DNA of 37,763 bases from contig CAJGDV010000002.1 in NCBI GenBank assembly GCA_904502155.1, positions 1 to 37,763 on the forward strand. Reading direction: 5' to 3'. This stretch comes from an uncultured Bacilli bacterium (GTDB lineage: Bacteria; Bacillota_I; Bacilli_A; RF39; UBA660). The notes under the pieces are model-generated. The model saw only the letters and a list, made by a program, of their open reading frames with translations, searched no databases and was not told the DNA's origin. This document shows, piece by piece, positions 9,787 through 19,509 of the stretch. Made by a program: the position numbers and the translations under genes. Within the stretch, counting starts at the first letter, position 1; each line of letters opens with the position of its first letter.

Positions 9787-10638
9787 TTATAATATTTCTT
9801 TTAGATATTCTTTTATTTCTTTTTTTGTCTCTTCATTATCAAGTGCATATGCTATGTTTGCTTTTATATAACCTACTTTGCTTCCTATATCATAATAAGT
9901 TCCTTTTAGTTTTGCAGCATAAAATTTTTGTTTTTTCATAAGTGCTGTTATACCATCAGTTAAATAATATTCATTATTTTCATGAAGACTAATATTATCA
10001 AGTTCATCAAATATTTCAGGTTTAAATATATATCTTCCTAACCCTGCTAAATTAGATGGTGCCTCATTAATTGCTGGTTTTTCAACTAATGCTTTAATTT
10101 CCATAGAATCATTATCTGCTAGAGATATAATTCCATATTTATTTGTCTCTTCATATGGAACTTCTTTAACACCAATTACATTACAATCATATTTTTCATA
10201 AACTTCTATCAATTCTTTTAAAGCACAGCCACCTTTAATAAGATCGTCACCATACATTACTGCAAATGGTTCATTATTAATAAAGTTTCTTCCTATATTA
10301 ATAGCATGACCACTACCTAGTGGGATTTCTTGATAAGCTGATGATATTTTAATCATTTTATTAAGATCTTGTATTTTTTTTAGGTCTTCTATTTTGTTTT
10401 TTTCTATTAATTTATTTTCTAATTCAATATCTTGTTTAAAATGATTTATAATAGATTCTTTTTTAGGACTTGTTACAAATAGTATTTCTTCGATGCCTGC
10501 TTCATAAGCTTCTTCTAATAAAATTTGAATTGTTGGTTTATCAACAATTGGTAACATTTCTTTTGGAATGCTTTTTGTTATAGGAAAAAATCTTGTTCCT
10601 AATCCTGCAACAGGAATAATTAATTTTCTAATTTTCAT
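9787..10638 (-). CDS. galU: UTP--glucose-1-phosphate uridylyltransferase
   Basis: The N-terminus IPVAGLGTRFFPITKSIPKEMLPIVDKPTIQ is the classic GalU nucleotide-binding motif. GRYIF and YYDIGSKVGY lie near the C-terminus. Length 283 aa. Confidence 0.9.
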   Translation of the reverse strand: MKIRKLIIPVAGLGTRFFPITKSIPKEMLPIVDKPTIQILLEEAYEAGIEEILFVTSPKKESIINHFKQDIELENKLIEKNKIEDLKKIQDLNKMIKISSAYQEIPLGSGHAINIGRNFINNEPFAVMYGDDLIKGGCALKELIEVYEKYDCNVIGVKEVPYEETNKYGIISLADNDSMEIKALVEKPAINEAPSNLAGLGRYIFKPEIFDELDNISLHENNEYYLTDGITALMKKQKFYAAKLKGTYYDIGSKVGYIKANIAYALDNEETKKEIKEYLKEIL

Positions 10639-10639
10639 T

Positions 10640-10807
10640 TTAATTATTTTTATTTAAAGCACCATATGTATAAGCAAATAACCCTATACCTAATCCTAAA
10701 AGAGCAACCCATAAAATAGGATTCCCATGATTTTTTTCAATAAATTCACGGAAAGGTTCAATGAATTCTTCTCCAAATTCAACTACATTTTCAACAAAAC
10801 TTTTCAT
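10640..10807 (-). CDS. Small (55 aa) single-TM protein, not in the ORF track
   Basis: My translation is MKSFVENVVEFGEEFIEPFREFIEKNHGNPILWVALLGLGIGLFAYTYGALNKNN. A GGTAGGA RBS lies 7 nt upstream. The stop is 1 nt before the galU ATG, so the two are probably coupled. Confidence 0.5.
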   Translation of the reverse strand: MKSFVENVVEFGEEFIEPFREFIEKNHGNPILWVALLGLGIGLFAYTYGALNKNN

Positions 10808-10847
10808 TTAAATATCCTACCTTTCATAATATCATTATAACATAAAA

Positions 10848-12923
10848 TTATAATTTATTAATACTTTTGTGTCCTTTTAATAACTTTTTAATGCCAATAG
10901 GATGTGCAAAAGCGATTGTAAGAATAGATTTATCAATTCCAACAATAACTCCAACACCAAATGTATCATGTTTTATCTTATTTCCAATTTCATATGTAGC
11001 ATTTTCATCAATGAATGTTTTGGTTCTAACTTTTATTATTTCTTCAACATAATCTTTCTCAAGTAATGATTCATCTATTTCATTTATAAATCTACTTGTT
11101 GGATTCATGTTTTGCATTCCGAAATATGTTCTTCTCTTAGCATTTACAAGCCATAATTTTTCTTTGGCTCTTGTAATAGCTACATAACATAATCGTCTTT
11201 CTTCTTCAATTTCATCTTTACTTTCCATACAATTAGTATGTGGGAAAATACCTTCTTCCATACCTATTATGAAAACATTTTTAAATTCTAATCCTTTAGC
11301 AGCATGTATAGTCATTAATGTTACAACATTAGTAGATTGTTTGTATTCTTCAACATCTGATACTAATGATAATTCCATTAAGAAATCTTGTAATGATACA
11401 ATTCCTTTTTCTTCTTCAAAGCTTCTAGTTATTGACTTAAATTCTTCTAAATTTTCAATACGAAGTTCTGCTTCTAAAGTTTTTTCTTCTTCTAATTCTT
11501 TTCTAAGTCCTGATTTTTCTAAAACTATTTCAACTAATTCTGTCAAAGTTTTATCATGACTTTCTTTTTTTATACTTTCAATAATGTTTTTAAAATCTTG
11601 TTCTTTACCACTATCTATAACATCATAAATACTTTGACCTGTTTCGTTTGCTTTATTAATAAGATTTTCTATTGTTTTATTACCTATCCCTCTTTTAGGT
11701 GTATTTATACATCTTAATAAACTTAAATCATCATGACTATTATAAATAATATTTAAATATGAAATTAAATCTTTAATTTCTTTTCTTTTATAAAAATAAA
11801 TACTACCAATAACCTTATAAGGAATATTAGCTTTTAATAATGCTTCTTCCATATTTCTTGATTGAGCATTAGTTCTATATAAAACGCAAATATCTTCAGG
11901 ATTGTCTGTTTTTAATAATTCTTCTATTTTACATTTTACATAATAAGCCTCATCTTTTTCATTTTCACTTCGATGATAAATAACTTTAGAACCTATAGTG
12001 TTATCAGTATATAATTTTTTTTCTTTTCTTAATTTATTAACTTTAATAATTGAATTAGCAACATCCAATATTGGTTTTGTAGATCGATAATTTTTTTCAA
12101 GTAATATTGTTTTACAGTCTGGATAATCTTTTTCAAAATTTAAAATATTTTTATAATTTGCACCTCTAAATGAATATATAGCTTGGTCATTATCACCAAC
12201 AACACATAAATTTCTATTTTTAGCACTAATCATTTTTGTAAGTAAATATTGTGCATGATTAGTATCTTGATATTCATCAATTAAAACATATTTAAATCTT
12301 TCTTGATATTGTTTTAATATATTAGGATTATTATAAAATAAATATATAGGTAACATTAATAAATCATCAAAATCAACTGAATTATTTATTGCTAATTTAT
12401 CTTGATATTTTTTATAAACTTTATGCACTATTTGATCATATTCTGTTTGAACATATTTTTCATAGTCTTCAGGAGATATCATTTCATTTTTAGCGCTACT
12501 TATTTTATTTCTTATCGTTTTAGGATTATAAATTTTAGGGTCTTTGTTCATATCTTTAATTATTTTCTTAACAATAGTTAATGAATCATCACTATCTAGT
12601 ATTGTAAAATTTTTAGTAAAGCCTAATTCATCATAATATTCTCTTAAAATAGATAGACCAAAGGAATGAAATGTAGATATTTGTATTTTATATGCTATAG
12701 GGCCTAAATATTTTAAAACTCTTTCTTTCATCTCTTTTGCCGCTTTATTAGTAAAAGTTATTGCTAAAATTGATTCTGGTGAAATACCTATTTCACTTAT
12801 TAAATATGCAATTTTAGTTGTTAAAACTTTTGTTTTCCCACTACCTGCTCCTGCTAAAATTAGTAATGGTCCATCAGTATTTAAAACCGCATCTTTTTGT
12901 TTATCATTTAAACTTTTTATCAT
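10848..12923 (-). CDS. pcrA: ATP-dependent DNA helicase PcrA (UvrD/Rep superfamily 1)
   Basis: The motifs are AGAGSGKT, DEYQDTN, VGDNDQAIYSFRGA, YRS, TIHAAKGLEF and CYVAITRAKEKL. I place the start at ATG 12923 (MIKSLNDKQ), 5 nt after a GGTGA RBS. The track start at 12947 lacks an RBS. Confidence 0.92.
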   Translation of the reverse strand: MIKSLNDKQKDAVLNTDGPLLILAGAGSGKTKVLTTKIAYLISEIGISPESILAITFTNKAAKEMKERVLKYLGPIAYKIQISTFHSFGLSILREYYDELGFTKNFTILDSDDSLTIVKKIIKDMNKDPKIYNPKTIRNKISSAKNEMISPEDYEKYVQTEYDQIVHKVYKKYQDKLAINNSVDFDDLLMLPIYLFYNNPNILKQYQERFKYVLIDEYQDTNHAQYLLTKMISAKNRNLCVVGDNDQAIYSFRGANYKNILNFEKDYPDCKTILLEKNYRSTKPILDVANSIIKVNKLRKEKKLYTDNTIGSKVIYHRSENEKDEAYYVKCKIEELLKTDNPEDICVLYRTNAQSRNMEEALLKANIPYKVIGSIYFYKRKEIKDLISYLNIIYNSHDDLSLLRCINTPKRGIGNKTIENLINKANETGQSIYDVIDSGKEQDFKNIIESIKKESHDKTLTELVEIVLEKSGLRKELEEEKTLEAELRIENLEEFKSITRSFEEEKGIVSLQDFLMELSLVSDVEEYKQSTNVVTLMTIHAAKGLEFKNVFIIGMEEGIFPHTNCMESKDEIEEERRLCYVAITRAKEKLWLVNAKRRTYFGMQNMNPTSRFINEIDESLLEKDYVEEIIKVRTKTFIDENATYEIGNKIKHDTFGVGVIVGIDKSILTIAFAHPIGIKKLLKGHKSINKL

Positions 12924-12954
12924 TTTATCACCACTTTTCCAAAACATTATAACA

Positions 12955-12983
12955 TAATAAAAACTATCTAAAAAGATAGTTTA
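12955..12983 (-). terminator. Rho-independent terminator after murI
   Basis: Stem aaactatct / agatagttt (12961-12982) overlaps the murI stop. On the minus strand it is followed by TTTTTATTAT. Confidence 0.6.
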
Positions 12984-13712
12984 TAAAACTTTTTCTATTA
13001 TTTCTAAATCACCAAATATTAAACTAACAGCTTCTTTAATTTCAGGCGTAATTTTACTAAAATATATTTTAATATCATTTATACTATATGTTGGATTTAC
13101 TTCTTCAGCGACTAATAATCCTATATCTAGGCAAGGTATTTTAGTATATTCACTTATCTCTTCGGAAATAAGTCCATAGTGTGTACAACCTGGAATAATA
13201 ACTTCAATATCTAGATCTTTGAAATCATAAAGATATTCACCAATTGCTGTAATTAATGGTTCATTTATTTTATTTTCAATTATAGGTACAAATTTAGGAC
13301 ATGCTTTAGTATAAACTTCTACTCCAGCTTTAGCTAATTTTTCTTCAAATAATTTTGCTTGAATTGTTTTTTCAGTACCTAATAATAAAACTTTTTTTAA
13401 ATTTGTTTTTTGGATAGATTTTATAATTGGATTTATAATATCATATATTTTTACATCATATTTAGATTTAACACTATCATAAATTGTTGAACTTAATGTT
13501 CCGCATGCTATAACAATAACATCAACTTCATGGCTTATTAAAAATTCTATTATTTTATTTGATAATTGTTTTAATTCATCAACTCTTTTTTCACCATATG
13601 GTAAATTAAGAGTATCTCCAAAATAAATATATTCATTATTTGGACTAACTTCTGTTAATGCTTTTAATACTGTTAATCCACCTATACCTGAGTCAAAAAC
13701 ACCTATTTTCAT
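12981..13712 (-). CDS. murI: Glutamate racemase
   Basis: MKIGVFDSGIGGLTVLKAL, IACGT (first catalytic Cys) and PGCTHY (second catalytic Cys). GAGG RBS. Confidence 0.9.
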   Translation of the reverse strand: MKIGVFDSGIGGLTVLKALTEVSPNNEYIYFGDTLNLPYGEKRVDELKQLSNKIIEFLISHEVDVIVIACGTLSSTIYDSVKSKYDVKIYDIINPIIKSIQKTNLKKVLLLGTEKTIQAKLFEEKLAKAGVEVYTKACPKFVPIIENKINEPLITAIGEYLYDFKDLDIEVIIPGCTHYGLISEEISEYTKIPCLDIGLLVAEEVNPTYSINDIKIYFSKITPEIKEAVSLIFGDLEIIEKVL

Positions 13713-13713
13713 A

Positions 13714-14643
13714 TTATTTTCCTCTATATAATAATCTAGTTTTTATATTAAATGCATTAAATCCTAATAAAGTTTCAAATACTTGATATTTTTTATTTAA
13801 TGATAATTTATTATCTTTAATAGCATAATTTCGATATAATTTAATATATTCATACATTTGTTTTTTATATCTTGTACTATTAACTTTTTTAAATAAATCA
13901 ATTGCTTCATAGCAAATTTTAACTTTACATTTATTAACAAGTTTTGGATAGTTTTTTTCCATAAAATCTAACATTTCCAAACAACCTTTAATTTTTTTAA
14001 CACAATCGTGATCATTGTAATCGTTATTTTTTTCTTCTACTAAACAATATTTTCTTACTGGTGAATATGCTAATTTAGTAGCTTCGTGAAACAATTTATA
14101 TGATGTTACTATGTCATCATAAACTTCGTATCCTGGATATTGAATATTTTTAAATAATTGTTTTTTATAAAGTTTCCCAAATGAATTACTTCTAAAAGTC
14201 ATTTTTAAATATTCGTCAAGAATTTCTTCTTCATGGAAAACATAAACTTTTTGTGGTTTTTTTGTTGGTTTTTCATTTAGACCATAATAATCTTGACATA
14301 CAATATCAGCATTTTTTTCAACCATAATATGATACATATCATTAATAAAAGTTGGTTCTACTTTATCTCCACCTTCTACAAATGTAATATATTTTCCTTT
14401 TGCTTCCTTAATTCCAATATTTTTTTTGTTTTCAATTGCTTTGTTTACTTTATTAATTATTTTTATTCTTTTATCTTTTTTTGCATAGAATTTACAAATT
14501 TTTAGTGTATAGTCATTTGTTATATCACTAACTAAAATAATTTCAATATTTTTATATGTTTGATTAACAAGTGATTCAAGGCATACATTTATATATGATT
14601 CAACATTCATTATTGGAACAATTATACTTACTAAATCTTTCAT
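13714..14643 (-). CDS. Family 2 glycosyltransferase (GT-A fold)
   Basis: VSIIVPIMNVESYINVCLESLVNQTY is a typical GT2 N-terminus. VSD and FVEGGD resemble DxD motifs. I place the start at ATG 14643 (MKDLVS), after a GGTGA RBS. The track start at 14679 adds 12 hydrophobic aa that overlap the serS terminator. Confidence 0.8.
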   Translation of the reverse strand: MKDLVSIIVPIMNVESYINVCLESLVNQTYKNIEIILVSDITNDYTLKICKFYAKKDKRIKIINKVNKAIENKKNIGIKEAKGKYITFVEGGDKVEPTFINDMYHIMVEKNADIVCQDYYGLNEKPTKKPQKVYVFHEEEILDEYLKMTFRSNSFGKLYKKQLFKNIQYPGYEVYDDIVTSYKLFHEATKLAYSPVRKYCLVEEKNNDYNDHDCVKKIKGCLEMLDFMEKNYPKLVNKCKVKICYEAIDLFKKVNSTRYKKQMYEYIKLYRNYAIKDNKLSLNKKYQVFETLLGFNAFNIKTRLLYRGK

Positions 14644-14669
14644 ACTATCACCTATTATAATTATACAAT

Positions 14670-14698
14670 AAAAAAACAACTTTTAAAAGTTGTTTTTT
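14670..14698 (-). terminator. Rho-independent terminator after serS
   Basis: aaaaaacaactttt / aaaagttgtttttt forms a palindrome directly after the serS stop codon. Confidence 0.7.
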
Positions 14699-14700
14699 AT

Positions 14701-15987
14701 TTATTTTGCTACCTCTATTTTCTTTTTTCCACCCATGTATGGTTGTAATGCTACAGGGATGTTTAAACTTCCATCTTCATTTAGATTATTTTCAACAACT
14801 GCAATTAATCCTCTTGGAGTTGCAAGTACTGTATTGTTTAGTGTGTGTACATAATAAGTTCCATTTTCACCTTTAGTTCTGATACCAAGTCTTCTAGCTT
14901 GTGCATCTCCTAAAGTTGAACAACTTCCTACTTCAAAATATTTTTGTTGACGTGGACTCCATGCTTCAACATCGCATGATTTAACTTTTAGATCTGCTAA
15001 ATCTCCACTACAACATTCAAGTGTACGAACTGGTACATCTAAAGTTCTAAAGAACTCAACAGTGTATTGCCACATTTTATTATACCATTCCATACTATCT
15101 TCAGGTTTACATAATACAACCATTTCTTGTTTTTCGAATTGATGTACTCTGTATACTCCTCTTTCTTCAAGTCCATGACTTCCTACTTCTTTTCTAAAAC
15201 ATGGAGAATAAGATGTCATACTAATTGGTAATTCTTGTTCTTTAACGATTTGATCTTTAAATTTACCAATCATTGAATGTTCACTAGTTCCGATTAAATA
15301 TAAATCTTCATTTTCGATTTTGTACATCATTGCATCCATTTCTTCAAAACTCATAACTCCAGTAACTACGTCACTTCTAATCATGAATGGTGGAATACAA
15401 TATGTAAATCCTTTATCAATCATAAAATCTCTTGCATAAGAAATCATTGCTGAATGTAATCTTGCAACATCTCCAACTAAGTAATAGAAACCATTACCAC
15501 TTGTTCTTCCAGCACTTTCTTTATCAATACCATTAAATTTAGCCATAATATCAGCATGATGTGGGATTTCAAAATCTGGAACTACTGGTTCACCAAATTT
15601 TTCATTTTCAACATTTTCATTATCATCTTTACCAATAGGTACAGTTTCATCCATAATATTTGGAATAACCATCATACGTTGTTTGATTTCTTGTTGTAAT
15701 TCTTCTTCTTGTTTTTCTAATTCAGCTATTTTATCGTTAAATTCAGCAACTTCGTTTTTAACTTTTTCAGCTTCTTCTTTTTTTCCATCTCTCATTAAAT
15801 TTCCGATTAAAGCTGATTTAGCATTTTTATCAGCTCTTAATGCGTCTGCTTCTCCTTTAGCATCTCTAAATTTAATATCTAAATCATATACTTCATCAAC
15901 TAATGGAAGTTTATGATCTTGAAATTTTTTCTTAATATTTTCTTTTACTAATTCTTTGTTTTCTCTAATTAATTTAATATCTATCAT
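14701..15987 (-). CDS. serS: Seryl-tRNA synthetase
   Basis: 428 aa. It has the N-terminal coiled-coil tRNA-binding arm (MIDIKLIRENKELVKENIKKK...) and a class II core (LIGTSEHSMIG, CFRKEVGSHG, RVHQFEKQEMV, GSCSTLGDAQARRLGIR). A Ser-specific T-box leader precedes it. Confidence 0.93.
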   Translation of the reverse strand: MIDIKLIRENKELVKENIKKKFQDHKLPLVDEVYDLDIKFRDAKGEADALRADKNAKSALIGNLMRDGKKEEAEKVKNEVAEFNDKIAELEKQEEELQQEIKQRMMVIPNIMDETVPIGKDDNENVENEKFGEPVVPDFEIPHHADIMAKFNGIDKESAGRTSGNGFYYLVGDVARLHSAMISYARDFMIDKGFTYCIPPFMIRSDVVTGVMSFEEMDAMMYKIENEDLYLIGTSEHSMIGKFKDQIVKEQELPISMTSYSPCFRKEVGSHGLEERGVYRVHQFEKQEMVVLCKPEDSMEWYNKMWQYTVEFFRTLDVPVRTLECCSGDLADLKVKSCDVEAWSPRQQKYFEVGSCSTLGDAQARRLGIRTKGENGTYYVHTLNNTVLATPRGLIAVVENNLNEDGSLNIPVALQPYMGGKKKIEVAK

Positions 15988-16090
15988 TTTAATTCCTTCT
16001 TTCTATAATTTTCTTTTCAAAATCAACAAAATTAGGATGTATAGTTATTCCCTATCTTTCTTGTATACATAATATCACCTCATTTATAAC

Positions 16091-16285
16091 AAAAAAAGAC
16101 CATTTTTAGGAGCGCATAGCACGGTACCATCCTAATAATAGTCTTAATTTAGATAACGGCCCATAGACCGGAAATAGTTAGTTTCTCTCTGGAGTAGATT
16201 CATAAATCATTTAGTATTAGCTCTCACCAAACGCTAACTCTCTTTGACTAAAACATATTTACTATAGTCTCCTTCGTTGATTTCT
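16091..16285 (-). promoter_or_regulatory. T-box riboswitch leader of serS with a candidate UCU (Ser) specifier
   Basis: Reading the minus strand, stem I contains the AGAGAG and GGUGAGAG motifs. A specifier-loop-like GAA-UCU-A has its codon at 16196-16198. A stem III hairpin reads CGGUC-UAUG-GGCCG. The T-box sequence UUAGGAUGGUACCGUGC lies at about 16118-16137. It is embedded in the 5' arm of the terminator AGACUAUUAUUAGGA...UCCUAAAAAUGGUCU, which is followed by UUUUUUU (16091-16146). Confidence 0.85.
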
Positions 16286-16291
16286 GAATGT

Positions 16292-16321
16292 ATTATAACA
16301 TTAAATTTTTTGTTTTGTCAA
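16292..16321 (-). promoter_or_regulatory. Sigma-A promoter of the serS leader, with its -35 box overlapping the addA stop codon
   Basis: The minus strand reads TTGACA (16321-16316), an 18-nt spacer, then TGtTATAAT (extended -10, hexamer 16297-16292). The addA TGA at 16320-16318 sits inside the -35 box. Confidence 0.65.
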
Positions 16322-19300
16322 ACTATTTTTTTATTTTCTTCATCAAGAATAGAATAAAGATATCCACTAACCTTTTTATTTGTTATTGTTTTTATATAAT
16401 CAACATAAGCTTTTACTTGGTCTTCATAGTATTTTGGAGCAATATTTTTAAGTTTATAATCTACTATTATAACTTCATCATCATTTTCAATTAATAAGTC
16501 AATAATACCTTTTTTATCTTCAATATAAAATTCATATTCTTTATAATACTTATTTCCAGGTTTAATAAACTCTTGATTAAATAGTTTTTTAATTTTATAT
16601 TTAAAGAAATCACTAACATCATATTTATCAATATCAATATTATCAAAATCTAAATATTCTAAAACTTCATGTATTTTAGTTCCCATAGACATATCTTTAG
16701 GTTCTACTATTAAACCTTTTTGATGTGAAAATGTTTTAGTTTCTTTTGCTTTTTTAGATATATTTAGTAAATCTGTTTCTAGTTTAATATCGTTTGTTTC
16801 TAATAATTTTTTATAATCAACATTTGATTTTAACAAATATGCTTTACTAACATTAATATCTTTGTTAGTAATATATGGTTTTAAATCTTCTTTTAAAGAA
16901 ACAATAATATCTTCAAAACATTTATATTTTTGTCTTTCTAAAATGTTTACAACATTTTTATCATTTCTTGGTAATGAATTACCATTTTTACTTGAAATTG
17001 GATTTACAATAATCATTTTTTCTTTAGCTCTTGTAAGAGCTACATATAAAACTCTAAGTCTTTCTGATATATCTTCATTAATATAATTATAACTCATTAA
17101 TTCTTTATAAATTGTAGGTTCTAATCCATCATTAAAAACAGGATTTATAATTCCTAAATCTTGGTCAAATAGGAATCTATCATTTAAGTCGCTTTTATTA
17201 AATGCTTTATAAAAATGTGGAAAATAACATATTGGATATTCTAATCCTTTTGATTTATGTATTGTCATAATATTTACAGAATTAGATGACATATCTTTTT
17301 TGTTTGAAAATTGAATATCAATTTCTTTATTAAATACTTCATCAAAATAGTTTGTAAAATCTTCTAGGTTATATCCTGTTTCTTCAAGTGTTTTACAAAC
17401 ATCAATAATATAATCTAATTTATTAGTAACATTAGCTACATTTCCGATATTAATTGATTTTGAATAAAAATCAAAAGTATTATATATTTCAACAATTAAA
17501 TTACTTAGACTTACTTCTTCACTATATTTTGCTAAATATTTAATTTTAGAAATTAAATCTTGGAAAATAGGATTTGTCATAATATCTTTATTAGTAACGC
17601 TACTAAAAATATCATTATCGTTATAATCACATATATAAGATCTAGCAACTGATAAAAATGAATAATTATAGTTTTCATATGATTTGTTTTTTTCATATTC
17701 AATTAATTTTAAAAGATTTTTTAAAACATAAATTTCATTTGAATAAACAAATTGTTCATCTTTATGAATAATTAATGGTATTTTTTTATAATCAAATATT
17801 TTTTTAAATAATTCAAATTTACTTTTTCTATCTACTAAAATTACAATATCTTTAAATTTTATATCAGAAAAAGTTTTTTCATCTTTATCAAATATTTGTT
17901 CTTTATTTTTTATTTTTTCTAAAATATCATCAGCAATAATAAAAGCTTCAACTTCATCTTTACTATATAATTTTTTATCTTCAAAATTATCATAGTCATA
18001 ATTATAAATCTCTAAATTATAATTTTGATCAGTTTTACCTTCTTTAATATAGGCTTTATTTCCAAATATTGCTACATGTCCTTCTAAATAATTGGCTCCA
18101 CCAATATCATCATCCATTATTCTTGAAAACATCTCATTTATACCACTTAAAACTTCTTCTCTTGAACGAAAGTTTTTAGCAAGGTCTATAGCATATCCAC
18201 TATCCCCTTTTTTATAAGCATTATATTTAGACATAAATAATTTAGGATTAGCATTTCTAAAACGATAAATTGATTGTTTAACATCACCTACCATATATAC
18301 ATTGTTTTTGCTAATCAATGAAACTAGATAATCTCCAATATCATTTGTATCTTGATATTCATCTATCATAATTTCATTAGTAAAATTTTTAATATCTTCT
18401 CTAACACTATCATTTTCTTCTAAAAGTTTAATTGCAAAACGCATAATATCACTAAATTCATAACTATTAATTTGTCTTTTAAATTTCATTGTTTCATTAT
18501 CTAAATCCTTTAGTAATGAAACAATAATTTCAGCATGATCTTTTAATGATAAAATATTATTTTCAATTTCTTCCCCAGATTCATATCTAACAAGTCTTTC
18601 TAATTCCTTTAAATAAACTTTTAATTTATCCTTATAATTATTTATTTCTTCTCGTTCATATGGATCTAAATCTTTTTTTCGTGGCATTGTTGGAAATTTA
18701 CCGGCATCAACTATTACTTTTTTAAAGTCTTCATATTTTTTACAGTATGCTAAGTTACCATATATTTCTTCTATTTTATTAGCGTATTCACTAAATTCTT
18801 CTTCTGATGCTACAAATTTTATATTATCAATAAGCATTAATATTACATCACTTGTTTGCATAATAATTTTATTGTAATCATTTATTTTTTCTTTAATAAA
18901 ATTTAAATCATAATATTTATCCATGTAAGTTTCTAAATAATCTTGTTTTTTACAAATAGAATCTAATTTAGATGAAATATTTAAAATAGCATTTTTTATA
19001 GTTTCATCATCTTTATTAGTATAAACATCTAAAAGTTTTAGAAATTTTTCATTATCATAATATCTTGTAAATATATCGTCAATAATTTTTTTGCGTTCAA
19101 TATTTAATTGAACGTTATCAATAATACCTATATTTTTAGGCATTCCTAAAATATAATGGTATTTTTTTACTAAACTTAAACTATAACTATCAAATGTTGT
19201 TATATCAGCTTGATCAACTAAGTATAATTGATTTTCAAGTTCTGGAAATTCTTTTATTGCTTTTTTAATTTTTTTTCTAATTCTTTCACGCATTTCCCCA

Positions 19301-19509
19301 GCAGCAGCTTTAGTAAATGTTAGAATTATCATTTGATTAATTAAAACACCATTTTTTAATTTTTCTAAAATTCTTTCAGTAAGAACAGCAGTTTTACCAC
19401 TTCCTGCCCCAGCACTTACAATGATATTTTTACCATCTAAACATATAGCATTCCATTGATCATCAGTCCATATAGATCCTTCAGGTTTAGCTTTCACTTT
19501 CGGAAACAT
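16318..19509 (-). CDS. addA: ATP-dependent helicase/nuclease subunit A (AddA/RexA)
   Basis: The motifs are AGAGSGKTAVLTERI, IDEYQDTN, VGDVKQSIYRFRNA, TIHKSKGLEYP and LYVALTRAKEK. The C-terminal RecB-type nuclease motif is IIVDYKLK. I place the start at ATG 19509 (MFPKVKAK). The track start at 19524 is a TTG inside the GGAGGTGA RBS. Confidence 0.9.
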   Translation of the reverse strand: MFPKVKAKPEGSIWTDDQWNAICLDGKNIIVSAGAGSGKTAVLTERILEKLKNGVLINQMIILTFTKAAAGEMRERIRKKIKKAIKEFPELENQLYLVDQADITTFDSYSLSLVKKYHYILGMPKNIGIIDNVQLNIERKKIIDDIFTRYYDNEKFLKLLDVYTNKDDETIKNAILNISSKLDSICKKQDYLETYMDKYYDLNFIKEKINDYNKIIMQTSDVILMLIDNIKFVASEEEFSEYANKIEEIYGNLAYCKKYEDFKKVIVDAGKFPTMPRKKDLDPYEREEINNYKDKLKVYLKELERLVRYESGEEIENNILSLKDHAEIIVSLLKDLDNETMKFKRQINSYEFSDIMRFAIKLLEENDSVREDIKNFTNEIMIDEYQDTNDIGDYLVSLISKNNVYMVGDVKQSIYRFRNANPKLFMSKYNAYKKGDSGYAIDLAKNFRSREEVLSGINEMFSRIMDDDIGGANYLEGHVAIFGNKAYIKEGKTDQNYNLEIYNYDYDNFEDKKLYSKDEVEAFIIADDILEKIKNKEQIFDKDEKTFSDIKFKDIVILVDRKSKFELFKKIFDYKKIPLIIHKDEQFVYSNEIYVLKNLLKLIEYEKNKSYENYNYSFLSVARSYICDYNDNDIFSSVTNKDIMTNPIFQDLISKIKYLAKYSEEVSLSNLIVEIYNTFDFYSKSINIGNVANVTNKLDYIIDVCKTLEETGYNLEDFTNYFDEVFNKEIDIQFSNKKDMSSNSVNIMTIHKSKGLEYPICYFPHFYKAFNKSDLNDRFLFDQDLGIINPVFNDGLEPTIYKELMSYNYINEDISERLRVLYVALTRAKEKMIIVNPISSKNGNSLPRNDKNVVNILERQKYKCFEDIIVSLKEDLKPYITNKDINVSKAYLLKSNVDYKKLLETNDIKLETDLLNISKKAKETKTFSHQKGLIVEPKDMSMGTKIHEVLEYLDFDNIDIDKYDVSDFFKYKIKKLFNQEFIKPGNKYYKEYEFYIEDKKGIIDLLIENDDEVIIVDYKLKNIAPKYYEDQVKAYVDYIKTITNKKVSGYLYSILDEENKKIV

